DNA of 64,000 bases from Paraspadella gotoi (GCA_051294375.1 CM119269.1:5343609-5407608); one strand, 5' to 3'. Shown: positions 13,801 to 27,011, counted from the first letter of the stretch. Made by a program: numbers and translations. The notes: generated by a model from the sequence alone, not told the origin.

Positions 13801-14281
13801 ATTACTGTCTTTTTTTCTTTTTCTTTTTCCTCTTTCCTAATTCTTAGCTTTCATCCTTTTTTCTCTTTGTATCATTTCAGCCCACCAATTTATTGTTTCT
13901 CTTGTAAAAGGCCAAGAACCCATCTCTTCTTTCTTTTTTTCTTTTCTGTTTCTCTCCTGTTGTCTTTCCAACACTCATCGGATACGACTTGATCCTAATC
14001 CCTGCTTTCTTCCTCTCACTCAAGTGTCGTGTGTTATTTGCCACTCTCTCTACGCTTTGTTCTTCTTTCTCTCCTTCTCCCCCTCCTTCTCTCTTTATCT
14101 CCTTTCTTCCACTTTGTCTCTATCTCCGCTTATATTATCTCTCTCCTCTCTCTCTCGCTGAATAGCCTCTCCCCTCCTCTCTCCGCACCTTGTGTCCTTG
14201 GCGTCTTCCTCATGCTTGAAATTCTCGCCACGCTACCAGTCCCCATTTCTTCCACTCCTAGTCCTCCCTAACTGATATGAG

Positions 14282-14959
14282 TTAATTAGCCGGAAAGGTT
14301 GAAAACTAGAAGTTCTCTCGAAATAATAAAAATGATAAAGTCGACTGTCTAGAGAATATGAAAATAAACAATAATTAAAAAAATTACTGCTTATTAATAA
14401 GCGCACGGAAAGCATTTAAAGATTATTTACTATTATAAAGTTAATAAATTTTTTGAATTTTTCAATTTTTAATGGATTCTGACTAGAGCTTTAAAGTTAG
14501 ATCAAGGTTATTAATTTCCAAACTTTTTAAAAAATTTCTTTTGTTTTATTGATAAAAATTTTTAAAAAACTATAATATTCATCGCCAATGATGATATGAT
14601 GATGGATTTTTAACGTTTTCTGTTTTTAACAAATTTCTCTGTCAATAATTTCTTAAAAAAATTTGTACTCTTTGTCAGTTACTAACTTTCAATTATTACT
14701 TTTCAAGCTCTATAGGAACGTTACCTTTAACAAACTATATTTTTTTAAAAAAATTCTTCTTGTCTATTGGTTAGGGTATTATATTTCAATATATATTTAA
14801 TAGCTTTCAAGGTTGCAATACAACCCAATGAACTAATTCAAAAAGCTATGCATTGAAAATCCGAATCTGTTCAATAGAGGAAAAAACGGAACTTTTTTGA
14901 CCTTCTGAGAATTAAGAAGTTTATACATAAAGCTATTCAATTTTGGCGCCCTTAATGAG
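14282..14959. mobile_element. ~680-bp AT-rich insertion (MITE-like) present only in duplication 2 copy a
   Basis: Copy b reads aactgatatgag-taacgtc contiguously at ~21181-21199. Copy a has ~680 bp between these, flanked by atgag on both sides, with ttaa at both ends and only weak terminal complementarity. Confidence 0.55.
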
Positions 14960-16371
14960 ATAACGTCCTTTCCTCTTCTCTCTCTCTTCATTTTTTTCTC
15001 TCTCTCTTCCTATCTCTGTCCTCTGCCCTGCACGAGCTCGCAGTCTTTGTTCCACGCTAAGCTTTCGTTAAAAACCATCTTTTGTCGCTTTAAAACGATA
15101 TGTCAGCTGTGTTATAGAAATCCGCAGGCGCTGATGGACTCATCAAGAAGCTTATGTTAATGGCTATAGGACCTGAGAGATGACGTCGGAGAGAAGAACA
15201 AGGGATCCAGATACTGGAAAGCGAACCGGAGTCGAAAAAAAGATTACAAGAGAGAGACCGAATAGACGATAGAGAGAAACGAAAGATCTAATTCTCGAAT
15301 AGAAACGACAATCTAATTAAACAACAAAACTGTCGACAAAAATCGTCGAATCATTTCTTTCGATTATTAAAAAATATGCCATCACGACGAAACTTAGTTG
15401 CCGTTCGGAAATTCGGATCTCCGAGAAGCGGCAGGGGAACATTATTGGGACAAACGATTGAGAGGGTCCTTGGTTGAGCAAGCCTCTTCGGGCGGGGGTT
15501 GAAGAGCCCGATAAAGGCAGATTCCGTTTCTTCGTCTCGTGTCGTCCGGTAAATATTTCCAGCTTCATGACCGGATTAATGAAACATAAACTTTACTTCA
15601 TCTTTCATATACTTAAAACCAATTTTGACATATTTTTGCGGTTTTTATAAAACATTTCAAATATCTGTACATAGTGTTGCAAAAGCTTTACTTATTATTT
15701 ACACGCCACAATCCCTCATCTTTTCTTTAAAAGTTAGATAAAACCACTCTTTAAAATTTCTATAAAGTATATGATTCTGAATATTTTTTTTCCAGATAAA
15801 AAGAATTTGCTATACTTGTTATGCCACAAATAACATTTTTTAAGGCAAGAATAAAAAATAATTAAACGTCAATCTTTTTCAATTGCCTCCAATGATGCAA
15901 AGATGCATTTCGGGGATTGTGAATAGACGGCCCGGCGGCATGACGTGCCAATGCATGGATCCGCCCCGTCTCGATTCGTTTGAGTTTAAAAAGCGTCGGA
16001 AATGAACCAAAAAAGGAAACAGGAAAATAAACTTGGCTTTTTATGAAATTCACAAAGCTAACTTTTAAAAAAATATACATAACCATCTCGGGTCGTGCGA
16101 AACCAAAATTTTATTTTTTATTTTAAATTAAATTAACTCGAATACAAATGAAACATATAGTGCATGCTTTAAAAAGAAAGTTGAGTTGAAAAGGTTGAAA
16201 ACGTTAAAAAGTTCAAGAAAAGTTTAAAAAGTTACAGATAAAACTTACATTATTTCGATTACAGGATATCAACTTTTTTGTTCAAATTGAACAATCTTTT
16301 GTTAAGTTGTTCATTTTCTAATTATTCTTCATCACCAACTGAATGATCGGTTTCATTTTTAAAAAGATAAT

Positions 16372-17173
16372 TTAACCACTCAGTTATTTAGCACTAATAT
16401 ATGGAGCTTAACATACGATAAACATTATTTAAATTTGTGTCATAACAGCTTGTACGATGTTCATCGAGATATCTATACATTTGCATGAAGTTGTCATAAA
16501 GAGTGACTTCATGTGCTTGTTGATCTTTAACAATACTTTTTGGATGTATATATGTTCACGTGGGATGTTATGACATTCAAAAAATAAAGTGATAGATTCT
16601 GTAGGCATCTTGTGGAAAGATAAGAGAAATAGCGGTGCTTATCTCTCCTTCATAAAACCCTTCATAATAAAAAGAAAACTCACATTATTTTTCTCCACAA
16701 ATTATGATTCGTTAATATAGATGTGCGAGAGTCAAATTAGCCTAATGGGATAGATTTTTTAAAGTTCTTTTTGAGTGAGCTGGGAACGGATAGAATTATG
16801 TCCCACGTGGAGAGTGATGAGCATAGAGGCCTAGACATATCACCCCGAATTTATTAAGCCTAGTTTGTCACGAAATAATTATAACAGTTGAACCTTTAGC
16901 TTTTTTAAAATTTTGTATTAATTCGCTCACTTAAAAGATTGAGTGAATTCTGAATAGTTTATATGTCCCGAAAATAACATTCAATAATGTTTGTTTGTTT
17001 AAAAAACTTTGACATAGCGAATCTCTAAGATATATTTGACAATTTTATTGACTATACCACATAGGAATTTTATTAGAAGAATTCTTTGAATCTAATCTTA
17101 TAAACCCAAAGTAATAACAGCCTACAGACGGTTTGTAAATCCTGTAGAGAAAGATTGCGAAAGTCATTAGAAA
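16372..17173 (-). pseudogene. Frameshift-ridden copy of the 3' end of the XK-like ORF (probably low-quality sequence rather than a true pseudogene)
   Basis: taaccactcagt..agcactaat, cttcataaaacccttcataataaaaagaaaa and aacctttagcttttttaaa match 22413-22800. Confidence 0.6.
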
Positions 17174-18078
17174 NNNNNNNNNNNNNNNNNNNNNNNNNAG
17201 ATTCTTTCTTTAAATTTAATTAATGGTGTACCATTTGTATGTCAAAAATTCGATGTTGACACCAAAAAAAACAATTTTCGCTATAAACCACCGCATTTCT
17301 GGCATAAAAAAATTACTTTGTTTTGAATACAATAAGAAAGCCTCGGAGCCTTATTTCTAGCGAACCTCATTGTTTACTAAAATCATAATTTTTTGGAGAT
17401 TCCTTCACAAAAAACGTCTCGTTCTCATTTCTCATATCTCACTAATCTATCTATCGCCGCTGCTCTCTCCCTCTCCGCACACGGGCGTGGGCGCGAAACA
17501 GAAGCAGTAGAAGCAACATCTTTTTGCTGACATATTTCAACTGAACGAAACGTCGTCGTCATCATCGTCGTCGTCGTCGTCGTCATCGTCATTATTGACG
17601 ATCGTTAAACGTAATGCTCTCATTGTGGCCATCTCACTGTAGCTGTGAGGCGCAGCCCCCTCTCCGCCTCTCCCTGTCCATCTCCTTCCCGTTCTCTCGC
17701 TCTCTATCGTTTCACTTTCTTGACTTTTCAACGATTTTATTATGATATGTATTCCTCGACTTTTTAAAACCTTTCCGTTGAAAGAGAGAAAAAAAAATAA
17801 CTATTTTGAATTTCATTTAAACTTTACACGTGATGTTAATATTTTTATTTATATTTTGTCACAACACAGATAACATTTGTCTCTAAAGTCTAACAACGCT
17901 GAGAACACAAAGCCTCGTGGCGTAAATGGCAACGACGCCAACTCAATCGCCATAGAGTCGTTAAGCGCGCCTGAGAGTAAATGGATTTTTAAGGAAAGCC
18001 GCGTCCTTTAATATTAAATAAGTGAAGATAGAATATGTAAATCAGAATGTATGAGAGTCATTGTACCGATGTATCGTT

Positions 18079-18136
<58 letters not shown>

Positions 18137-18689
18137 AGAGAGGAGTAGAGGGTTGTGGGGCAAGAGGATAAGGCTCGCAAAAAATTTAAAAACTAATCAT
18201 GTAATACCAGTATAACTTATCGTTCTGATTATAATCTAGACATTTTCAGGGTAAAAAGTAACTTTCATTGTCACAAGTTACAAAATCGCAAGCCGGCTTA
18301 ATAAACCATTCCATTCTCACTCTCATCTTGTTTATTGTTTATTAGCAACATTAAAATGCCGCATAAAAAAAAAACAGACGCCTCGACTTCGTCTCAGAAC
18401 TTTAAAACGATTTACTCTAAAAATATCGAGGTTGAGGAGAGAAAAGAATCAAAACAACAACTTGATCGGGAGAGATGCGTAAGGGGGGAAGACTATGCCA
18501 AAACCTATCGCAGCCTGCAATAGCACGTTGTCGTCGCCGCAATATCTTTAGAAAGACTTGCGTTTGTTTATTTTAACACGACAGACGTTTCAGTGAGTTT
18601 AACCAAGTTACTGTAGCTTTACTTGAACCATCTGGCATTTTCGTACGAGTTGGTCAAACTGGTGAGGTGGACGGGGCAAACCATCCGAA

Positions 18690-18890
18690 TAAATTACACA
18701 ATTAATTACACAATTACAATTACACATTACACAATTCATCGTTTAATAGTAAACAAAATTAATAATAACAATTACAATTACACATTACACAATTAATCGT
18801 TTAATAATAAACAAAATTAATAATAACAATTACAATTACACATTACTCATTACACAATTAATCGTTTAATAGTAAACAAAATTAATAATT
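18690..18890. repeat. AT-rich minisatellite (~55-60-bp unit built on ATTACAC/ATTACA)
   Basis: ttacacaattaatcgtttaatagtaaacaaaattaataat recurs 3 times; a degenerate counterpart lies at ~11410-11620. Confidence 0.75.
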
Positions 18891-19415
18891 TGATTGAATT
18901 AAGAGTACAATTTCATTCATTCCCCACGACGGTCGCGAATCGATTACTCCAGGAAGCAACCGCGGATGGGCTAATTGGTTGCAAGTTGGGCCAATGCAAG
19001 ACCAAGAGAATGCGGCGCGAATGAAAAAGATTGAGCCATAGACGGCTGCGGTGGAGGCCGCGCCTGCGTCAGCGGCCGCCTTTCCGGCGGCGGCGGCCAC
19101 GGCTTCCATATTTTTGTCATTAATGGAACTCATCCGTTCGTCGGTCCGTCCGTCCGTCCGTTCGTAACGGCGCCGCGTCTTCCTTCCGCAAATCCCTCGA
19201 CCCTTGATGCTGTGGGGCTTTTCTTAACAATCGACGATGACGAAAAAAAAATAAAGGAAGAGAAAGAGGCGTTGGCTCTCTTATTATTAAAAAGGAAAAG
19301 AAAAGGGAGAAAGAGAAAAAAAAATTTAAGAAAACAAAGGAAGAGACAAACTTTTTGCCGAAAAAGGGATAAGTATTCAAATTATTATATAAATCTGAGA
19401 GAAGGGTCTCTCTTT

Positions 19416-19509
<94 letters not shown>

Positions 19510-21068
19510 TTCTGCAACGTTTACAAGCAGAAAAAAGTTGCAATGCCAGCTGCAATGCAAGCTGTTTTTACCTCCGCCGACAACTTTGTTCCATAAGCAT
19601 TACGTCTTTACGTTTGGACGAACATTTTTTACAAGTCGATTTCTCTATCTATTTTTAGCCTCACGAACTTTGTGATTTTCTTTTAATAGACGTGACTATG
19701 AAAAAAAAAACAGGACGCGTTTCGTTTTTCCTTAACAACTTTTGCCAACGACTTCATTTCTGGACTAATGATTTCTGTTTTCCATACTCGGTCGTCATGG
19801 AAACCCAAGTCTCGCACTTTCCCTCACCGCTTGACTTCATCCACGTCTCGTTTCGCCACTCTACACTTCCCACTCTTTTTGAACTTACCCACTCTCACTT
19901 TTTCCACACCCTGTCGCACCTCAGTTTCCCTACTTACCCCCAATTGAACCTCGTTTCCTCTTTCCCCCCTTTTTTTTCCTTTCACTTTTTCTTTTCTTTA
20001 CCCCTTCCTTTTCTCTTCAGTGGCTCACGTATTTTATCCTGATCAGTTTATTTCAACCACGAAACCTCTCTCAGGCATTTCGCCCCCAAAAAACCACCAG
20101 ATTTCTTTTTTTAGTTTATTTTTTCCTTCATTTCTTTCTTTCTTATTTTGTCATTCGATGAGTCATTGTGTCTCTTTCTCTCGTTCTGTCAAGACATTAT
20201 GTCGCCATGTCACGTTGCCTGTATTTTTCTGATATGTTATTCAAGTGTGACGTCGTCATTAAGTCGTGTGGGGCACATTTTAGTCTTCAATTTCAATGAT
20301 TTTAGGTTTGGTTCAGATTTTATTCGTCAATGTATTTTTGTTTGGTTTTTTTTTTTTCGATTCAAAAAATCACGTTTCTTATCGAATTCTTTATTAATTT
20401 AGTTTTTAATTTAATTGTTTTTATTTTTACTTATTTTCTTCTTTCTGTCGATTTTTTTCATCATTGATTCATTTTTTTATTCATTTTTTCTTTTTACATT
20501 TAAAATTTTCAAATCTTCCTTGACAGTTACGCATGTTTATTCTTTACACCCTAATATATTTTTGTAAATCGCTTTAGCCATTTGCTTATCCCATGAAATT
20601 GTACATTTTTTAAAAAAATTTTCCAGTTATATATCTTTCTAAAAATGATGCAAGTTCAAAAAAATGATGCCAGCAAAAATAATATTGTTTTGATTTATAA
20701 AATATTTTTTTAAATTACCAAAATGTTTTTAGCGCCACAGTTACAGTTCAGTTTAAGCCCTTGACAGCGATTTACATGTATTGGCGCATTACTGTTTTTT
20801 TCTTTTTTTTCCTCTTTCCTAATCTTAGCTTTCATTTTCCTTTTTTTCTTTTGTTTTTCCCACAATATTTTTTCCTGTAAAGGCAGAACCCATCTTTCTT
20901 TTCTTTTTCCTTTTGCTTTTCTTCTGTTTGTCTTTCCACGGAACGACTGATCCTATCCCCTGCTTTTCTCTCACTAATCATTTTTGCCATTCTCTCTAGC
21001 TTTGTCTCTCTCTCTCTCTCTCTCCCTCCCTCTCTCTCTTTATCTCTTTCTCACTTTCTCTCTCTCTA

Positions 21069-21101
<33 letters not shown>

Positions 21102-21168
21102 ATGTTATCCTTGGCGTCTTCCTCAGCTTTGAATTCTCGCCACGCCTACAGTCCCATTTCTCCACTCC

Positions 21169-21400
21169 TAGCTCCTCCCTAACTGATATGAGTAACGTCT
21201 TTCCTCTCTCTCTCTCTTTCTTTCTTTCTCTCTCTCTTTCTCTATCTCTGTCTCTGCCCGTCTTTGTTCCACGCTAAGCTTTCGTTAAAAACCATCTTTT
21301 GTCGTTTAAACGATTGTGATGTTATAGAAATACGAGACTGAGATCACAAGAAGCTTGTTAATGGATAGGAGTGAGGGAGAGAGAGAGAAAGAGAGAGAGC
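21169..21400 (+). repeat. Direct repeat R, left copy: short head, (CT)n, ~110-bp core, (GA)n
   Basis: tagctcct.cctaactgatatgagtaacgtctttcc and ctttcgttaaaaaccatctttt...gagactgagatcacaagaagcttgttaatgg recur at 25857-26220. Confidence 0.85.
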
Positions 21401-22411
21401 GAAAAAAAATTAAAGAGAGAGAGATAGAGATAGAGAGAAAGAAAGAATGAAAGAAAGATCAATTAAAAAAAACGTGACAAAAAGCGAATCATTTTGTTCA
21501 TTATAAAAAATTGCCACAACGAAATTGTTGGTTCGGAATTCGGAATTCGAAGCGAGGGACATAATTGAAGAGATTGAGAGCGGTTGAGAGCCTCTCGGCG
21601 GTTGAGAGCCCGAAAAGGCAGATTCCGTTCTTTCGTCTCGTGTCGTCCGGAAATATTTCCAGCTTCATGACGATAATGTAAACATAACTTTTTCATTTCA
21701 TATACTTAACCAATTTTGACATTTTTTGCGGTTTAAACATTAAAATATTGTACATATTTTGCAAAAGTTTCTTATTTATTTACAGCAAATCCTATTCTGT
21801 TCTTAAAAGTTAGAAAAACTCATTTTAAAATTTTATAAGTTTATGATTTTCTGATTTTTTTTTCCAGATAAAATAGAATTTGCTATACTGTTATGCCAAA
21901 ATAATTTTTTAAGGCAGAAAAAAAATAAATTTTAAACGCTCAATCTTTTCATTGCTCCAATGAGCAAGATGGCATTTCGGGATTGTGATAAGAGGGCCCG
22001 GCGGCATGACGTGCCAATGCATGGCGTTCGACTCGTTTGAGTTTAAAAGCGTCGGAAAATGAACCAAAAAGGAACAGAATAAACTTGGCTTTTTATGAAA
22101 TTCAAAAGCTAACTTTTAAAAAAATATACATACCATCTCGGGTCGTGAAATCCAAAATTTTATTTTTTATTTTAAATTAATTAAATCGAAATTACAAATG
22201 AAAAACATATAGTGCATGCTTAAAAAAAGAAAGTTGAGTTGAAAAGTTGAAAAGTTAAAAAGTTCAAGAAAAGTTTAAAAGTTAAAATTAAAACTACATT
22301 ATTGATTACAGGATTGATTTTTTTTCAAAATTTGACAATCTTTGTTAAGTTGTTCATTTTCTAATTATTTTTCATCACCAACTGAATGATCGGTTTCATT
22401 TTTAAAAGATA

Positions 22412-24679
22412 TTAACCACTCAGTATAGCACTAATGATGGGAGTTAACATACATAACATATTAAATTTGTTATAGTTGTACAATTGTTCTCTATCTATAC
22501 ATTTGATGAAGTTGTCATAAAGTGAATTCATTGCTTGTTGATCTTTAAAATACTTTTGATTATAATGTTCACGTGGTATGACATTCAAAAAAATAAAGTT
22601 GATAGATTCTGTAGGCATCTTGGAAGAAAGAATAGCGTGCTTATCTCTGCCTTCATAAAACCCTTCATAATAAAAAGAAAAATCAAATTCACAATTAGAT
22701 TCATTAGTGAGCAATGAATATTTTAAAGTTCCTTTTAGGCTGAAATAATATCCGATAAGCAACATTATTAGGACAATTTTAACATAACCTTTAGCTTTTT
22801 TAAATTTTTTTGTCATGATTAAAAATGTCCAAACTACAAAGGGAATAGAAGAAATTTTTGAAATTAAACCAAAAGAGTCGGCAAATGTTACTAATAAAAT
22901 CATTTGATTGGTGTAGTATTCCTTTGGTGCTACAAACGGAGACAAAAGCTCTGAATGGATTTGATCCCGACTATTCATTGCTACTGTAATTAGATTTGAA
23001 CTCAAAGGAATAAGACAAGCAATCAACCCCAAAATTCCTAAGGCCTTCTTATCTCTCGCAGACAAACTGCTTGGGGCCTTGCCATCATACACTTCCAGCA
23101 TAAGAAGAATGAAGTAGGAGAACCAAGAGGTGTATGCAAAATTGGCATAAAGATTATAGCTTCTGTACAATTGTGTTTTCGAGTTAAAAATTGATTTGTA
23201 ATTGATAGAGTCAGTACAGAATGATGTCACACATTGATATAAACCAGAATCTATGGTTATCTTGTCATGACTAACGGTTGACTGGATATTGACGCCGGTT
23301 ATCAACAGTGGTACTATCGCACTAAGCACGAAATTGAACAGATAACCAAATTTATTTTTGAAAAACAAAAGAGCGGTCACGTAGAAAGTCCCGATTCCAA
23401 GATCAATCATCAGCATCGTCATAACCGTGAGGTGCTCTGGCTCAAGAAATTTATAATTTCCTAGTTGGTAACTCGTTCCGACTTCATGAAGATTTAAGTC
23501 AGGCTCCTTTAACTTCAACATTGAACAGGACATAATGACAGAGTCAAAAAGCATCACATTCCACCTGACTTGATCCACAAACCCACCCATCTTGTAACAT
23601 CTACCTTCCGACAAATCAGCGTATATTGTGATGTATGGAGTCATGATAGATTCGATCTTTATCCACCTCAATTTGACATGAAAAATCATTGCATACATTT
23701 TATCCACATTGAAAAAAATGGAACATGTCATCGCTGACCAACAAATCATGATGAGATATTGCGCGAAGGAATTATCTCCTCCTGACTTAATTCGCGATGA
23801 CATCAAATTTAAAATCTTGTCTCGCAGTTCGGTAATGGTGAAGACTCTCAACAGCACCAATGGCGTGAGGAGTGCCAACCACAGCGACCATTTGAGTGCC
23901 CAAACAAAGACGAGATGGACGTAGACAACAATGCCAATGACGCCTTGAAAAATGCCCAAGACCATTATTGGAGAGAAAGTTCCGTCGCCTCGGGATTCGG
24001 CTGCAGTTTTGGCCAAGCCGATGGTGGAAAGAGCAAAGGATAAGATGGTCTCTAAATCCTCCAAGGGCCAACTGCACGTCCAGAGAAAAACCATGTAATC
24101 AAGGACCTTGTTGCGGCAAGAGCAGGGGGTCTTGGAAAGGGACATCATTCCGTTGGTGTTCAATTCGTAAAGAGAGTAGTTTTGTATTTCATCCGTGTTA
24201 TTTTTGTGAGGAAAGCAAAGCTTGTTGGTGCCGCTGGTCAAAACCATGATGATTGCCGCTGCTTGTAGGAGGATCTGGGGAAAAGTCTCCAACAAAAGAT
24301 GCAGCAGATCAAGGCTGGCGACGAGGCATTGCTTTGACGCCGTTGATTTCGCAACAGACACCCAATGTTGGTCGAGTTGGTCATCGATAGAGATGACAGT
24401 GTTGCCGAGACCTATGAAGCACAGAACCATCGTCACTGATCGACACCAAATGTTGCTCCAGAGACGAGGATAAAGCGGTGCCTCTTGCGACAGGCGGCGC
24501 CATGACAGGGCGCCGGAAACGACACCGTGTGACGCTAGGATGACAAACATAGTGATGCCAATGTAGCGTTCACCATAGAAATCTTTTCTGAGAAATAGAA
24601 TCGTCGTTCTCAAATCGGTGATGACGTCGGCGACGTTGAGAACATTGAAAAGGATCGAAACACAATTGGCAACTTTCAT
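22412..24679 (-). CDS. Intronless ~755-aa multi-pass membrane protein with an XK-related (XKR/Ced-8-like) N-terminal region
   Basis: Uninterrupted ORF; the first ATG is at 24679 (MKVANC), and the upstream part of the 827-aa ORF is microsatellite read-through. ADVITDL in TM1 and LLHLLLETFPQILLQ match the XK-family DxxTD and ExxPQxxLQ motifs. About 13-14 hydrophobic segments by eye. Confidence 0.75.
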   Translation of the reverse strand: MKVANCVSILFNVLNVADVITDLRTTILFLRKDFYGERYIGITMFVILASHGVVSGALSWRRLSQEAPLYPRLWSNIWCRSVTMVLCFIGLGNTVISIDDQLDQHWVSVAKSTASKQCLVASLDLLHLLLETFPQILLQAAAIIMVLTSGTNKLCFPHKNNTDEIQNYSLYELNTNGMMSLSKTPCSCRNKVLDYMVFLWTCSWPLEDLETILSFALSTIGLAKTAAESRGDGTFSPIMVLGIFQGVIGIVVYVHLVFVWALKWSLWLALLTPLVLLRVFTITELRDKILNLMSSRIKSGGDNSFAQYLIMICWSAMTCSIFFNVDKMYAMIFHVKLRWIKIESIMTPYITIYADLSEGRCYKMGGFVDQVRWNVMLFDSVIMSCSMLKLKEPDLNLHEVGTSYQLGNYKFLEPEHLTVMTMLMIDLGIGTFYVTALLFFKNKFGYLFNFVLSAIVPLLITGVNIQSTVSHDKITIDSGLYQCVTSFCTDSINYKSIFNSKTQLYRSYNLYANFAYTSWFSYFILLMLEVYDGKAPSSLSARDKKALGILGLIACLIPLSSNLITVAMNSRDQIHSELLSPFVAPKEYYTNQMILLVTFADSFGLISKISSIPFVVWTFLIMTKKFKKAKGYVKIVLIMLLIGYYFSLKGTLKYSLLTNESNCEFDFSFYYEGFYEGRDKHAILSSKMPTESINFIFLNVIPREHYNQKYFKDQQAMNSLYDNFIKCIDREQLYNYNKFNMLCMLTPIISAILSG

Positions 24680-25856
24680 GACGTTGGATAGAGAAAGTGA
24701 CTGTTGAACTGATAAAGACAGAGAAGAAAAAAGAGAGCGATGGAGAGAGAGAGAGAGAGAAAATAACAAAGAAAGCCCTAATAGTGATAAACAAATAAAA
24801 CGGATATATATAACAAAACTAATTGATCTTTTGTTATTACGTCTGACAAAAAAGGCTGGAAATACATGGATTCGGGGAATTATTAATAATATCAAAAATG
24901 ATATTAATTCTCAGAATAATAATGGCGAGCTAGATATCAGAACTCGAGAGCAATGATCTTAGCTTAGTCACAGTTAGTGGCTGGCAAATTGGAATCGCGT
25001 TTATATCCAGAATTCATTTAAATTACAAAAATAGATTCTGTCTCTCTCTCTCTCTCAATTTACGAAAAGGAAGGCCGACGTCATGTAAAAACAATGACGA
25101 TGATGGTTTTAATAACAATTTATCACTTTTTCAAAACCATGAAAAATTCCATTCCTACTCGTTGTCGCTTTCCATTCCCTCTTTATTTCCTCCAAGTCGC
25201 TAAATTTTTCATTTTTATCTTGACGTTAGCGACTTATATATTTCAATATGATCATGATTTGTTTCCATTTTGGTTTCATCGTTTTTTTTTCATTTCCAAT
25301 TATCGACGGTAAACGATTACGTGTTGAACGGCTAATTCTTTGTCAAACCCCGAGTGTCGTTCTTCTCGTTGTTTTTTTTGTTGTTTTTTTTTCTGTTTTT
25401 TTAAGTCGCTTTTTTATTCTTAACAATTTCATGATGCTTTTAATAGCTACTGGTCTGTTGTATCCTTCTCGATTATAATAATTTTATAACTTCTTTTATT
25501 TTTAGTAATACTGACTGCTATATTTACTTACTTTTGATAAAATCAAAAAAATACTGATATTAAAATTTTTTTATTATACTTTATTGATTTTATATAGCTA
25601 ATTTTAAAATTAATTTATAAAAAAACTGTCATTAAAAAAATTGTTATTACCCTTTTTTTGTGTAGCCCAAAGGTTCGGAAACGTATCCCGGGACATCTCA
25701 TTCTTGAGCACTCAGTGCCGATTAAATCGATGTAAAAAGAAACCGTGTTATGAAATTAAAATATAATAAACGTCCAGTACTTTTCTATAGAATGAAAATG
25801 TTAAAATGAAAATGTTAAAATTTATTCCATGGTATCACTCGCGAACGAACACGGGG

Positions 25857-25919
25857 TAGCTCCTACCTAACTGATATGAGTAACGTCTTTCCTCTCTCTC
25901 TCTCTCTCTTTCTTTCTCT

Positions 25920-26016
<97 letters not shown>

Positions 26017-26130
26017 TCTCTGCCTGTTCTACGCTTAGCTTTCGTTAAAAACCATCTTTTGGCGTTTAAACGATTGTGATGGTATAGAAATACGAGACTG
26101 AGATCACAAGAAGCTTGTTAATGGTATAGT

Positions 26131-26197
<67 letters not shown>

Positions 26198-26220
26198 AAT
26201 AGTGAAAGAGAGAGCAAAAG
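25857..26220 (+). repeat. Direct repeat R, right copy
   Basis: Matches 21169-21400 with longer CT and GA tracts. Confidence 0.85.
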
Positions 26221-27011
26221 AAACTAAAGAAAGAGAGAGAGAGAGAGAGAGAGACGGAGAGACAGAGAGAGAGTGTTGAATCTCGAACCGTGGAATGTTT
26301 TTGATGCGACATTTTAAATTCCATTACGGCTGCGGCCGTCTGCATAACAGCGAGAAATGTTGAAGAAGAATTGAATTTAAATCGATAACCGCGGGAAATG
26401 TTTTGAGCGTCGTCGTCGTTGTCGTCGTCGAAAAGGAACGCACCTCGGCTTCGCTCGCTCTCAGTCTCTCTCTTTTTTTTTCACTTTTCTGTTCCATTTC
26501 TCTACCTCTCTCATTATACTTCTCCCCTCTCTTTTATTCTTTTAATCATAATCTTTCTTTCTTCTCTTTCCCTCCTTTCTTTTTCTTTTTATTTTCCTCC
26601 CTTTTCTTTTGTCTATATTTTTTCCCTTCCTTCATTCGCTGCCAACTTTTCTCATATTTCCTTTAGTTTTTCTAGTACTTTCAATTTTATCTCTCCCAGT
26701 TGAACATTTTTCATGCTTAGGCTTATCCTAAAATCTTAGCAAAGTCTATAATGAAACTTTCACTCATGGTCGTAAAATTATAAATCACTTTGTTTTCGAT
26801 TGTTATTTATATTTATTGTATACACGGGACATCTGTTTTGAAATGAATAAAACAAAACAAAACATGAATTTTTTTTTCTTTCAAAGTTCAAACCATCCAT
26901 CGATGAATCACGTGAACGCCAGAAACGCGCGCGTCGTAAATCAATCATTAGATCAATGAATGAATCGGTGAATGGAATGGAGTGATTCTAACAAACGAAG
27001 CTCCGAATGAA

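Larger units (their letters stand above)
9911..17173 (+). repeat. Direct duplication 2, copy a (partner 17199 to ~23100)
   Basis: agattctttctttaaatttaattaatggtgtacc at 9911 and 17199; collinear over ~6 kb. Copy a becomes progressively more corrupted toward the 25-N gap at 17174-17198. Confidence 0.9.
17199..23100 (+). repeat. Direct duplication 2, copy b (right end approximate)
   Basis: Collinear with 9911-17173; the cleaner copy, carrying the intact ORF end. Confidence 0.85.

Noticed and set aside
18440-19870. Possible minus-strand exons (e.g. IEKSTCKKCSSKRKDVMLMEQSCRR at ~19551-19628)
   Set aside because: Splice-like boundaries exist, but there is no recognisable protein or consistent multi-exon frame, and the two copies disagree.
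24680-24895. N-terminal 72 aa of the 827-aa ORF
   Set aside because: Non-ATG start and microsatellite-derived LSLS sequence; the first ATG is at 24679.
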